From the IMG/VR virus record IMGVR_UViG_2740892258_000010: 21,071 nucleotides of DNA; one strand, given 5' to 3'. The stretch comes from a virus (Duplodnaviria; Heunggongvirae; Uroviricota; Caudoviricetes). This document shows positions 8,223-16,101 of this stretch, piece after piece (position 1 is the stretch's first letter; every line of letters starts with the position of its first letter). The notes below the pieces were generated by a model. The model made no database searches. It was not told the DNA's origin and saw only the letters and a list, made by a program, of their open reading frames with translations. The position numbers and the translations under genes were made by a program.

Positions 8223-8776
8223 ATTCCAAACCCCATTTGCCCCGACTCATCTTCAAGCGGTAAAGGTATTCTCCCAGAGTAAGTTATGTTCAGATGTTTA
8301 CAGAAGTAATTCCAATACCCTACCAGGTCATCTGGGTTTATGTCATCTTCGATTGGAAACGCTATTCTATCACTATAGTATCCAGCTTCTTCATAGTATA
8401 CATGGTAGTGAGCACCGTAAATGATATCTTGGTACTTCGGATGATCGACCTTGTAACTATTCGTGTGTTTGTCAAAGTGATAGGTATCTACCGCGAAAAC
8501 CCTCTTGTTATGATAGAAAGCAATAATATTTATTTTAGGGTAAGAAATCGGGTCATCAGGTTCTGAATCCTGATCTGGTTTCCATTTCAGTTCAAACTTT
8601 AGCCCTTGTATAGGTATACAATCCTCATCCAAGGGGATGATATGGGCTTGTAGCCACATATCAGAGCGACTTGGTTTCTGTTTCCATTTAACGCCAGAAA
8701 AGTTAACTATTTTTTTACAATAAAGTACTTTATCAACTTCTACTTGGCTTGGCTGATAATCATCTATTTTTGCCAA
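8219..8776 (-). CDS. Unknown protein A of the cI-linked two-gene cassette (candidate exclusion/defence component)
   Basis: 185-aa ORF starting 39 nt after the cI stop with no intervening terminator. The annotated start is TTG; the first in-frame ATG is at codon 40, so the true start is uncertain. Tyr/His/Asp-rich; no motif recognised. Confidence 0.6.
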   Translation of the reverse strand: MAKIDDYQPSQVEVDKVLYCKKIVNFSGVKWKQKPSRSDMWLQAHIIPLDEDCIPIQGLKFELKWKPDQDSEPDDPISYPKINIIAFYHNKRVFAVDTYHFDKHTNSYKVDHPKYQDIIYGAHYHVYYEEAGYYSDRIAFPIEDDINPDDLVGYWNYFCKHLNITYSGRIPLPLEDESGQMGFGI

Positions 8777-8815
8777 TGTTTACCGCCCTGTAAATTGTAG
8801 ATAAAAGTGGTTTCA

Positions 8816-9475
8816 TCACCCAAACGTCTCTTCAGGCCATTGGCTGGCGATAACTTTCCCCACAACGGAACAACTCTCATTGCATGGGATCATTGGGTAT
8901 TGTGGGTTTAGTGGCTGTAGAAACACCTGACCGCTATCCCTGATCAGTTTCTTGAAGGTAAATTCATCACCACCAAGTCTGGCTATGCAGAAATCGCCGG
9001 GCTCAACAGCTTGCTCAGGGTCAACCAGAATTAACATCCCGTCAGGAAAGCTGGGTTTGGAACCTGTTGGTGCGGTCATTGAGTTACCTTCAACCTCAAG
9101 CCAGAATGCAGAGTCACTGGCTTTTTTGGTTGTGCTTACCAATCTCTCCGCATCGCCTTTGGTAAAGGTTCTGAGTTCTGGAGAGAACATCCCAGCCTGA
9201 ACATGAGAAAAAACAGGGTACTCATATTGTTTTTTAACTGGGGCCGATGAGTATTCGCCAACAGGTGAAAATGTCCCGTCGTGGTTGAATGATATGTTAT
9301 CAATACCAAGGTATTTAAACACCACACCAATATCACTAAGAGATGGATGACGAGATCCGCGCAACCAGTGTCCAATCCCACCCTGCGTCATACCTAGCTC
9401 TTCGGCTAACTTCTCTTGAGTTATGCCGAGCTCTTTCATTCTGGATCTAGCCAGTTCATACCATTTCATTTTCAT
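8816..9475 (-). CDS. cI: CI-type prophage repressor (HTH plus S24 LexA-like autocleavage domain)
   Basis: N-terminal HTH ([20 protein letters not shown]). C-terminal domain has a Gly-Asn-Ser-Met segment and a downstream FKKL lysine consistent with the Ser/Lys dyad. Divergent from cro. Start ambiguous among 9517, 9475 and 9469. Confidence 0.85.
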   Translation of the reverse strand: MKMKWYELARSRMKELGITQEKLAEELGMTQGGIGHWLRGSRHPSLSDIGVVFKYLGIDNISFNHDGTFSPVGEYSSAPVKKQYEYPVFSHVQAGMFSPELRTFTKGDAERLVSTTKKASDSAFWLEVEGNSMTAPTGSKPSFPDGMLILVDPEQAVEPGDFCIARLGGDEFTFKKLIRDSGQVFLQPLNPQYPMIPCNESCSVVGKVIASQWPEETFG

Positions 9476-9530
9476 GTCCTTATTATTACGCTCTGTACTG
9501 GAACCATCCATGCACAATGTGTATTTTTAC

Positions 9531-9559
9531 TTGTATTCGCAAAGTACATATTGTATTTT
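9531..9559 (+). promoter_or_regulatory. Putative pR with overlapping operator
   Basis: TTGTAT, 17-nt spacer, TATTTT. The spacer contains AAAGTACATAT (9541-9551), identical to the pL spacer motif. TGTATT recurs three times across 9520-9557. Confidence 0.4.
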
Positions 9560-9586
9560 TTTATTCGTGTTTACTATGGAGGGCAT

Positions 9587-9802
9587 ATGAGCAACCTACG
9601 AAAATATCGAGAGTCACTGAATATCTCTCAAACAACACTTGCTAAGGCAGTTGGATGCACACAGGGAGCTATCGGACATTGGGAATCTGGTCGTCGCTTC
9701 CCAGACCTTAAAACATGCCGTGCTCTTGTTGCGTGCCTAAACAAGTTAGGCGCAAAAGTCAGTCTTGATGACGTGTTCCCGCCGGAACACAAAGCCGCTT
9801 AA
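9587..9802 (+). CDS. cro: Cro-type repressor (HTH)
   Basis: 71-aa protein (MSNLRKYRESLNISQTTLAKAVGCTQGAIGHWESGRRF...) with GGAGGG 4 nt upstream of the ATG. Divergent from cI. The ORF track extends it artificially to 9416. Confidence 0.8.
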   Translation: MSNLRKYRESLNISQTTLAKAVGCTQGAIGHWESGRRFPDLKTCRALVACLNKLGAKVSLDDVFPPEHKAA

Positions 9803-9812
9803 TAAGCGGATC

Positions 9813-9858
9813 CGCTCTTTGTAACAACGGACATTCGTCCTACGTCGCTGAAAAGCGA
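9813..9858 (+). promoter_or_regulatory. Putative nutR (boxA plus boxB hairpin)
   Basis: CGCTCTTT (boxA-like) ... CTACG-TCGCT-GAAA-AGCGA (boxB-like), just downstream of cro. Same spacing and loop as the nutL candidate. Confidence 0.5.
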
Positions 9859-9943
9859 GTTCCAAGATATCTGACCAACTAAGGCCATATGCGTTTCCAC
9901 GCATACCTTTCAACTAACTATTCACTATTGGAAATCTTAAGAA

Positions 9944-10240
9944 ATGGAAAGAACAAGTTACAGCAAACTATCACAGCGTGACGTTGATCGCGCAGAAACA
10001 GATTTACTTATCAATCTGTCAGCTATTACCCAGCGCGGTCTGGCAAAGATGATTGGCTGTCATGAATCGAAGATAAGCAGAACGGACTGGAGATTTATTG
10101 CTTCGGTCTTGTGTGCTTTCGGAATGGCATCAGACATCAGTCCGATTAGCAGGGCTTTTAAGTATGCGCTTGATGGACTCACCAATAAAAAACGCCCGGC
10201 GGCAACCGAGCGTTCTGAACAAATCCAGATGGAATTCTGA
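9944..10240 (+). CDS. cII: CII transcriptional activator (hybrid: non-lambda N-terminus, lambda C-terminus)
   Basis: 98-aa ORF. The last ~19 residues (LTNKKRPAATERSEQIQMEF) match lambda CII; the N-terminal two thirds do not. Confidence 0.85.
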   Translation: MERTSYSKLSQRDVDRAETDLLINLSAITQRGLAKMIGCHESKISRTDWRFIASVLCAFGMASDISPISRAFKYALDGLTNKKRPAATERSEQIQMEF

Positions 10241-10272
10241 GGTCATTACTGGATCAATCCACAGGAGTCATT

Positions 10273-11177
10273 ATGACAAATACAGCAAAAATACTCAACT
10301 TCTGCAGAGGTAACTTTGCCAAACAGGAGCGTAATGTGGCAGATCTCGATGATGGTTACGCCAGACTATCAAATATGCTGCTTGAGGCTTATTCAGGCGC
10401 AGATCTGACCAAGCGACAGTTTAAAGTGCTGCTTGCCATTCTGCGTAAAACCTATGGATGGAATAAACCAATGGACAGAATCACCGATTCTCAACTTAGC
10501 GAGATTACAAAGTTACCCGTCAAACGGTGCAATGAAGCCAAGTTAGAACTCGTCAGAATGAATATTATCAAGCAGCAAGGCGGCATGTTTGGACCAAATA
10601 AAAACATCTCAGAATGGTGTATCCCTCAAAACGAGGGAAAATCCCCTAAAACAATAAAAACATCTCAGAATGGTGTATCCCTCAAAACGAGGGAAAATCC
10701 CCTAAAACGAGGGATAAAACATCCCTCAAATTGGGGGATTGCTATCCCTCAAAACAGGGGGACACAAAAGACACTATTACAAAAGAAAAAAGAAAAGATT
10801 ATTCGTCAGAGAATTCTGGCGAATCCTCTGACCAGCCAGAAAACGACCTTTCTGTGGTGAAACCGGATGCTGCAATTCAGAGCGGCAGCAAGTGGGGGAC
10901 AGCAGAAGACCTGACCGCCGCAGAATGGATGTTTGACATGGTGAAGACCATCGCGCCATCAGCCAGAAAACCGAATTTTGCAGGGTGGGCTAACGATATC
11001 CGCCTGATGCGTGAACGTGACGGACGTAACCATCGCGACATGTGTGTACTGTTCCGCTGGGCATGCCAGGACAACTTCTGGTCCGGTAACGTGCTGAGCC
11101 CGGCCAAACTCCGCGACAAGTGGACCCAGCTCGAAATCAACCGTAACAAGCAACAGGCAGGCTTTAGCTTAATTTAA
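10273..11177 (+). pseudogene. O: Replication initiator O, frameshifted in the ori iterons and altered at the C-terminus
   Basis: N-terminal ORF (10273..10860) and C-terminal ORF (10731..11177) both match lambda O but are in different frames. The frame change coincides with a 56-bp tandem duplication. The C-terminus ends ...NRNKQQAGFSLI instead of continuing as in lambda. Confidence 0.85.
10597..10708. repeat. Perfect 56-bp tandem duplication within the ori iteron array
   Basis: 10597-10652 and 10653-10708 are identical by direct reading (aataaaaacatctcagaatggtgtatccctcaaaacgagggaaaatcccctaaaac). 56 is not a multiple of 3. Confidence 0.9.
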
Positions 11178-11350
11178 ACAAACTAAAAATAACATCGGAA
11201 ATTATTAACTGGTTATTTGTTGAAGTTTTCTTATGCATTTGTGGTGGTGTTTTGAACACTCGGTGGCATTCTCACAAATATCATTTAGTAGTTTACGTAC
11301 GTAAAAAATTGGTTATGCTGTTAAGAGTGGTTACTTCGTCACACAGCTTA

Positions 11351-11380
11351 AACCCGCCGTCGAGCGGGTTTTTCCATTTT
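11351..11380 (+). terminator. Intrinsic terminator, tR'-like, upstream of the lysis cassette
   Basis: ACCCGC-cgtcga-GCGGGT stem-loop followed by TTTTTCCATTTTTT. A promoter-like region lies about 40-60 nt upstream (TATGCT preceded by TTGG). Confidence 0.55.
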
Positions 11381-11511
11381 TTGAGTCTCGATATTAGCTG
11401 ATAACCCAATACCTGAGTTATTCACTGACTCCGAATCTGTTACGTTTCTGCCTTTATTGCGATACGTAGTATCCCCTTAATTTACACCCGCTTTGTCTGC
11501 GAGGTGGGGTT

Positions 11512-11727
11512 ATGAAATCCATGGATAAGTTAACAACGGGTGTCGCCTATGGTACCTCAGCAGGTAGTGCCGGGTACTGGTTTTTACAGTTGCTCGATAA
11601 AGTCACGCCCTCACAGTGGGCGGCAATAGGTGTGCTGGGTAGCCTGGTATTTGGCCTGCTGACGTACCTGACAAACCTTTATTTCAAGATTAAAGAAGAT
11701 AAGCGCAAGGCTGCGAGAGGTGAATAA
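11512..11727 (+). CDS. S: Class II holin (pinholin), phage-21 S-like
   Basis: 71-aa ORF with dual-start motif MKSMDK, two hydrophobic segments and a basic C-terminus. Close to phage 21 S by recollection. Confidence 0.85.
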
Positions 11728-12224
11728 TGCCTCCATCATTACGAAAAGCCGTTGCTGCTGCTATTGGTGGCGGAGCAATTGCTATAGCATCAGTGTTAAT
11801 CACTGGCCCAAGTGGTAACGATGGTCTGGAAGGTGTCAGCTACATACCATACAAAGATATTGTTGGTGTATGGACTGTATGTCACGGGCATACAGGAAAA
11901 GACATCATGCTCGGTAAAACGTATACCAAAGCAGAATGCAAAGCCCTCCTGAATAAAGACCTTGCCACGGTCGCCAGACAAATTAACCCGTACATCAAAG
12001 TCGATATACCGGAAACAATGCGCGGCGCTCTTTACTCATTCGTTTACAACGTGGGTGCTGGCAATTTCAGAACATCGACGCTTCTTCGCAAAATAAACCA
12101 GGGCGATATCAAAGGCGCATGTGATCAGCTACGTCGCTGGACATATGCTGGCGGTAAGCAATGGAAAGGTCTCATGACTCGTCGTGAGATTGAGCGTGAA
12201 ATCTGTTTGTGGGGTCAGCAATGA
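11727..12224 (+). CDS. R: SAR endolysin (lysozyme with N-terminal signal-anchor-release domain)
   Basis: 165-aa ORF with a Gly/Ala-rich weakly hydrophobic N-terminus ([20 protein letters not shown]) typical of SAR endolysins. Start overlaps the holin stop. Confidence 0.85.
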   Translation: MPPSLRKAVAAAIGGGAIAIASVLITGPSGNDGLEGVSYIPYKDIVGVWTVCHGHTGKDIMLGKTYTKAECKALLNKDLATVARQINPYIKVDIPETMRGALYSFVYNVGAGNFRTSTLLRKINQGDIKGACDQLRRWTYAGGKQWKGLMTRREIEREICLWGQQ

Positions 12225-12439
12225 ACAGAGTAACCGCGATTATCTCCGCTCTGGTTATCTGCATCATCGTCTGCCTGTCATGGGCTGTTAATCATTACCG
12301 TGATAACGCCATTACCTACAAAGCCCAGCGCGACAAAAATGCCAGAGAACTGACGCTGGCGAACGCGGTAATTACTGACATACAGATGCGTCAGCGTGAT
12401 GTTGCTGCGCTCGATGCAAAATACACGAAGGAGTTAGCT
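12221..12439 (+). pseudogene. Rz: Rz (i-spanin) 5' fragment
   Basis: [49 protein letters not shown]...DAKYTKELA matches the lambda Rz N-terminal half; similarity stops at about 12439 although the ORF runs on to 12580. Confidence 0.7.
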
Positions 12440-13087
12440 TCATTCTCATTGTTGCTATATCAGCCATCACTGAAAGCCTCAACGCATAATCGGCTGCTTA
12501 GGATAGCCAACCTCAGGTGCTGCATTTGCATAGTGCAATCTCCCCTTACTTATCCGGAGGCAATTGCAATATCTCTGTGAACTTACACTGTGTATCATCA
12601 GGTTATTATGTGAGCTGGTAAATCAGATTTTGCATGGACTGAAATGATGCTGTTATTTAGGGACAAAGAACCGACTTTTTCTCTTGCCTCCTCGCCAGTA
12701 ATGATTAATGGGAATGCTTCCTCTGGGGAGGAGGACAGTAGAAAAAAGAACCCGCCAGCAAAAATATTGGGGATGAACAGCTTTCGCTACTCAGGTTGTT
12801 GGCGGGTAAATTTCCTCATGAAATAAGAATGCTACGCGCTCTTTTTAATGAAAATGATAATCACTGTCAACTAATTGCGCATATTTTCTTCATACATGAT
12901 TGATAAAGGTGATTCAGACTATCAGTGTTTTGCTGATGGCCTTTTTGTCTTTAGAAAACACCAGCCAGGCTGGTTGGTTCAGTTAAGCTTTCAGCTTCGA
13001 GAATTTTATGAAAGCTATTGATTTGTTAAAATAAATCACAGTCTGGTGACTGCAAAAGTTAAACGAGAAATCAAAAGGTGGCCCAAA

Positions 13088-13320
13088 TCTGAAAATGAAG
13101 CTCTGCGTGATGATGTTGCCGCTGGTCGTCGTCGGTTGCATATCAGATCAATCTGCCCATCCCCGCGTGAAGCCACCACCGCCTCGGGCGTGGATAATGC
13201 AGCCCCCCCGACTGGCAGACATCGCTGAACAGGATTATTTCCTCCCTCAGAGAGAGGCTTATCACTATGCAAAAACAACTGTAGGGAGCCCAGAAGTATA
13301 TTAATGAACAGTGCAGATGA
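13088..13320 (+). pseudogene. Rz 3' fragment with embedded Rz1 (o-spanin) remnant, both damaged
   Basis: Rz-frame homology resumes (ENEALRDDVAAGRRRLHI...) and an Rz1-like lipoprotein start is present (MKLCVMMLPLVVVGC). A frameshift relative to lambda lies in the C-run near 13200-13210, and an in-frame TAG precedes the Rz C-terminal codons. Confidence 0.6.
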
Positions 13321-13341
13321 GCTCCCCATATCGATGGGCAA

Positions 13342-13635
13342 CTATTGTGAGCAATATACCCGGGCTTCCAGCGGAGTATAGATGCCAAAAGTGATAAAAC
13401 CGAGCAATCCATTTACGAATGTTTGCTGAGTTTCTGTTTTAACAACATTTTCTGCACCGCCACAAATTTTGGCTGCATCAACAGTTTTCTCTTGTCCAAT
13501 TCCCGAAACGAAGAAATGATGAGTGATGGTTTCCTTTGGTGTTACTGCTGTCGGTTTGTTTCCAACAGTAAACGTCTGTTGAGCACATCCTGTAATAAGC
13601 ATTGCCAGAGCGGCAGAAAATAACATTTTTTTCAT
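13342..13635 (-). CDS. bor: Bor lipoprotein (serum-resistance, lysogenic conversion)
   Basis: 97-aa protein from the second Met (MKKMLFSAALAMLITGCAQQTFTV...ARVYCSQ) with a lipobox (LITGC). Matches lambda Bor. The ORF track starts 5 codons earlier. Confidence 0.9.
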   Translation of the reverse strand: MKKMLFSAALAMLITGCAQQTFTVGNKPTAVTPKETITHHFFVSGIGQEKTVDAAKICGGAENVVKTETQQTFVNGLLGFITFGIYTPLEARVYCSQ

Positions 13636-13810
13636 CTTATTATCCTGCATTGTTAAAAACGGCAGAATCCTATGTGATAATAATTAAACGATAGCTAAAT
13701 GAACGAAAATTAAAAGTATAAAAGTGGTTACTCAGACTTGGTTGATCCTACCCACGTAATATGGACACAGGCCTAAGCGAGGTTCTTGTTTTCAAATTGT
13801 TCCGGACTGA

Positions 13811-14635
13811 GGCCGCCACACCAACTGTGCCGCCGCCACCGATCCGAAACACGAATTTAATTACCAGCAGGCGGTTGAGCGCCTTCCTGGTGAAGATCCG
13901 GCTCAGCTGAACGACCCGGCCTACCGTCGTCTGCGTATCATTACCGATAACCTCAAACAGGAAGAGCACGCCATTGTCCAGGTGGAAGAAATGCAGGCGG
14001 TGAATGCCGTGCTGTATGGCAAATACACCATGGAAGGGGATCAGTTTGATACTGTCGAGGTGGATTTCGGGCGCTCTGAAGGAAATAACATTGAGCAGGC
14101 TGACGGTAAAAAATGGTCTGAGCAGGACCGTGATACGTTTGATCCGACGCATGATATTGACCTCTACTGCGATCAGGCCAGCGGCCTTGTGAATATCGCC
14201 ATTATGGACGGTACGGTCTGGCGTCTGCTGAATGGCTTTAAGCTGTTCCGCGAAAAACTGGATACCCGTCGCGGCTCAAATTCACAACTCGAAACGGCAG
14301 TGAAAGATCTGGGCGCAGTGGTGTCCTTCAAGGGGTATTACGGCGATCTGGCCATTGTGGTGGCGAAAACGTCTTATATAGCAGAAGACGGTATCGAAAA
14401 ACGTTATCTTCCAGATGGCATGCTGGTTCTGGGGAATACTGCTGCAGATGGGATCCGTTGTTACGGTGCCATTCAGGATGCTCAGGCGTTGTCCGAAGGT
14501 GTGGTGGCCTCTTCCCGTTATCCGAAACACTGGCTGACGGTAGGGGATCCCGCCCGTGAATTTACCATGACGCAGTCCGCGCCGCTGATGGTGTTGCCGG
14601 ACCCGGATGAGTTTGTGGTGGTACAGGTGAAATAA
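13811..14635 (+). pseudogene. E: Major capsid protein E, 3' fragment (5'-truncated)
   Basis: Open frame from the stop at 13808-13810 to 14635 matches the lambda E C-terminal region (...AYRRLRIITDN..VEEMQAVNAVLYGKYTM...LTVGDPAREFTMTQSAPLM...). There is no N-terminal region and no ATG; the first candidate start is a GTG at 13982. Confidence 0.8.
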
Positions 14636-14644
14636 TCCGTGAGC

Positions 14645-14672
14645 GGGGGCGAAATGCCCCCGTGTCTTTTTT
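14645..14672 (+). terminator. Intrinsic terminator downstream of E
   Basis: GGGGGC-gaaat-GCCCCC stem-loop followed by GTGTCTTTTTT. Confidence 0.6.
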
Positions 14673-14686
14673 CACAGGGGGCTGAT

Positions 14687-15061
14687 ATGGCAACGAAAGA
14701 GCAAAATCTGAAACGGCTTGATGAACTGGCCCTGATTCTGGGGCGTGAGCCGGATATATCCGGGAGTGCCGCAGAGATAGCGCAGCGGGTGGCAGAATGG
14801 GAAGAGGAAATGCAGTCATCCGGCGATGATGTACAGGTTATGAATATGGATATCCGGGAGCGGGAAACCGCGGCTCATGATGTTCGTGAGGAAACATCCG
14901 GCGCGTTAACGCGCATCAGAGTTCTGACCTGCCTCCATCTCTGTGGCGTTGATGGTGAAACGGGGGAATCCGTTGAGCTTGCGGATGTTGGTCGGGTGAT
15001 TCTGATTATGTCCTCAGATGCAAAAACACACGTTGATGGTGGAATGGCTGTTTATGCGTGA
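14687..15061 (+). CDS. FI-position head/DNA-packaging protein (non-lambda allele)
   Basis: 124-aa acidic protein (MATKEQNLKRLDELALILGRE...) between E and FII, with an AGGGGG ribosome-binding site. Assigned by synteny. Stop overlaps the FII start. Confidence 0.55.
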   Translation: MATKEQNLKRLDELALILGREPDISGSAAEIAQRVAEWEEEMQSSGDDVQVMNMDIRERETAAHDVREETSGALTRIRVLTCLHLCGVDGETGESVELADVGRVILIMSSDAKTHVDGGMAVYA

Positions 15062-15407
15062 TTTTCAGAATGCCTTTGATGCCGCCCTTGCCGGGGTGGA
15101 CAGTACGATTGTTGAAGTGATGGGCATCAGTGCGCAGTTCACCTCCGGTGCACAGCGTGGCGGCGAGGTTCATGGCGTTTTTGACGATCCGGAGTCGCTG
15201 GGTTTTGCCAGTAGTGGGATCCGTATTGAAGGAAGTAACCCGTCATTATTTGTGCTTACGGATACGGTTTGTGCTGTACGGCGTGGTGACACGCTGACCA
15301 TTAACGGCGAGATGTTCTGGGTGGACCGTGTTTCTCCGGATGACGGAGGGAGTTGTTATCTCTGGCTCAACCGGGGGCAACCACCTGCCGCCAGCCGTCG
15401 CCGCTGA
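15054..15407 (+). CDS. FII: Head-tail joining protein FII
   Basis: 117-aa protein from MRDFQNAFDAALAG... to ...WVDRVSPDDGGSCYLWLNRGQPPAASRRR, matching lambda FII. Confidence 0.85.
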   Translation: MRDFQNAFDAALAGVDSTIVEVMGISAQFTSGAQRGGEVHGVFDDPESLGFASSGIRIEGSNPSLFVLTDTVCAVRRGDTLTINGEMFWVDRVSPDDGGSCYLWLNRGQPPAASRRR

Positions 15408-15418
15408 AAGGGGGATGT

Positions 15419-15694
15419 ATGGCCATAAAAGGTCTTGAGCAGGCCGTTGAAAACCTCAGCCGTATCAGCAAAACGGCAGTGCCTGGTGCCGCCGCAATGG
15501 CCATTAACCGCGTTGCTTCATCCGCGATATCGCAGTCGGCGTCACTGGTTGCCCGTGAGACAAAGGTACGCCGGAAACTGGTAAAGGAAAGGGCCAGGCT
15601 GAAAAGGGCCCGTGGTGGCTGGTCTGCCGGGGGGCGATTCATAAGTTCCGCTGTGTGCCGCATCTCACCGGGCGGCGCTTTGAGCACGGGGTGA
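15419..15694 (+). pseudogene. Z: Tail protein Z, truncated after about 64 codons and fused out of frame to K
   Basis: MAIKGLEQAVENLSRISKTAVPGAAAMAINRVASSAISQSASLVARETKVRRKLVKERARLKRA matches the lambda Z N-terminus. After 15610 the frame reads through K-derived DNA out of frame to a stop. Confidence 0.75.
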
Positions 15695-16101
15695 CGGACT
15701 GTTACACGCTGTTCCGGGACGCTTACCATCTGGCGGGGATTGAGATGCCGGACTTTCATCGTGAGGATGACTGGTGGCGTAACGGCCAGAATCTCTATCT
15801 TGATAATCTGGAGGCCACAGGGCTGTATCAGGTGCCGTTGTCAGCGGCGCAGCCGGGCGATGTGCTGCTGTGCTGCTTTGGTTCATCGGTGCCGAATCAT
15901 GCCGCTATTTACTGTGGTGACGGCGAGCTGCTGCACCATATTCCTGAACAACTGAGTAAACGAGAGAGGTATACCGACAAAGAGAGGTATACCGACAAAT
16001 GGCAGCGACGCACACACTCCCTCTGGCGTCACCGGGCATGGCGCGCATCTGCCTTTACGGGGATTTACAACGATTTGGCCGCCGCATCGACCTTCGTGTG
16101 A
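15610..16101 (+). pseudogene. K: Tail assembly protein K, 3' half only (NlpC/P60-like region)
   Basis: Frame matches the lambda K C-terminal half (PWWLVCRG.IHKFRCVPHLTGRRFEHGVTDCYTLFRDAYHLAGIEMPDF...). No N-terminal half or start codon; first in-frame GTG is at 15655. Contains an extra in-frame 18-bp repeat. Confidence 0.7.
15963..15998. repeat. Perfect 18-bp tandem duplication (agagaggtataccgacaa x2)
   Basis: Direct reading. Adds ERYTDK in the K frame and duplicates the GAGAGG ribosome-binding site immediately upstream of the gene I start codon (15999). Confidence 0.85.

Noticed and set aside
9880-9912. ATGCGT-ttcc-ACGCAT hairpin between nutR and cII, considered as a tR1-type terminator
   Set aside because: No convincing downstream U-tract. 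Lambda tR1 is Rho-dependent, so a hairpin is neither required nor diagnostic; not called.
10620-10760. Short direct repeats (ATCCCTCAAAACGAGGGA-like) that superficially resemble a CRISPR array
   Set aside because: They lie inside the O coding sequence, have no unique spacers of regular length, and match the known iteron arrangement of a lambdoid replication origin. They are ori iterons, not CRISPR.
12644-12826. 60-aa plus-strand ORF inside the Rz insert
   Set aside because: No ribosome-binding site and a low-complexity, non-protein-like composition; reported only as part of the unexplained insert.
13748-14152. 134-aa minus-strand ORF
   Set aside because: Antisense to and fully overlapping the E capsid-gene fragment, whose plus-strand frame shows clear homology. 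No ribosome-binding site; likely a spurious ORF.
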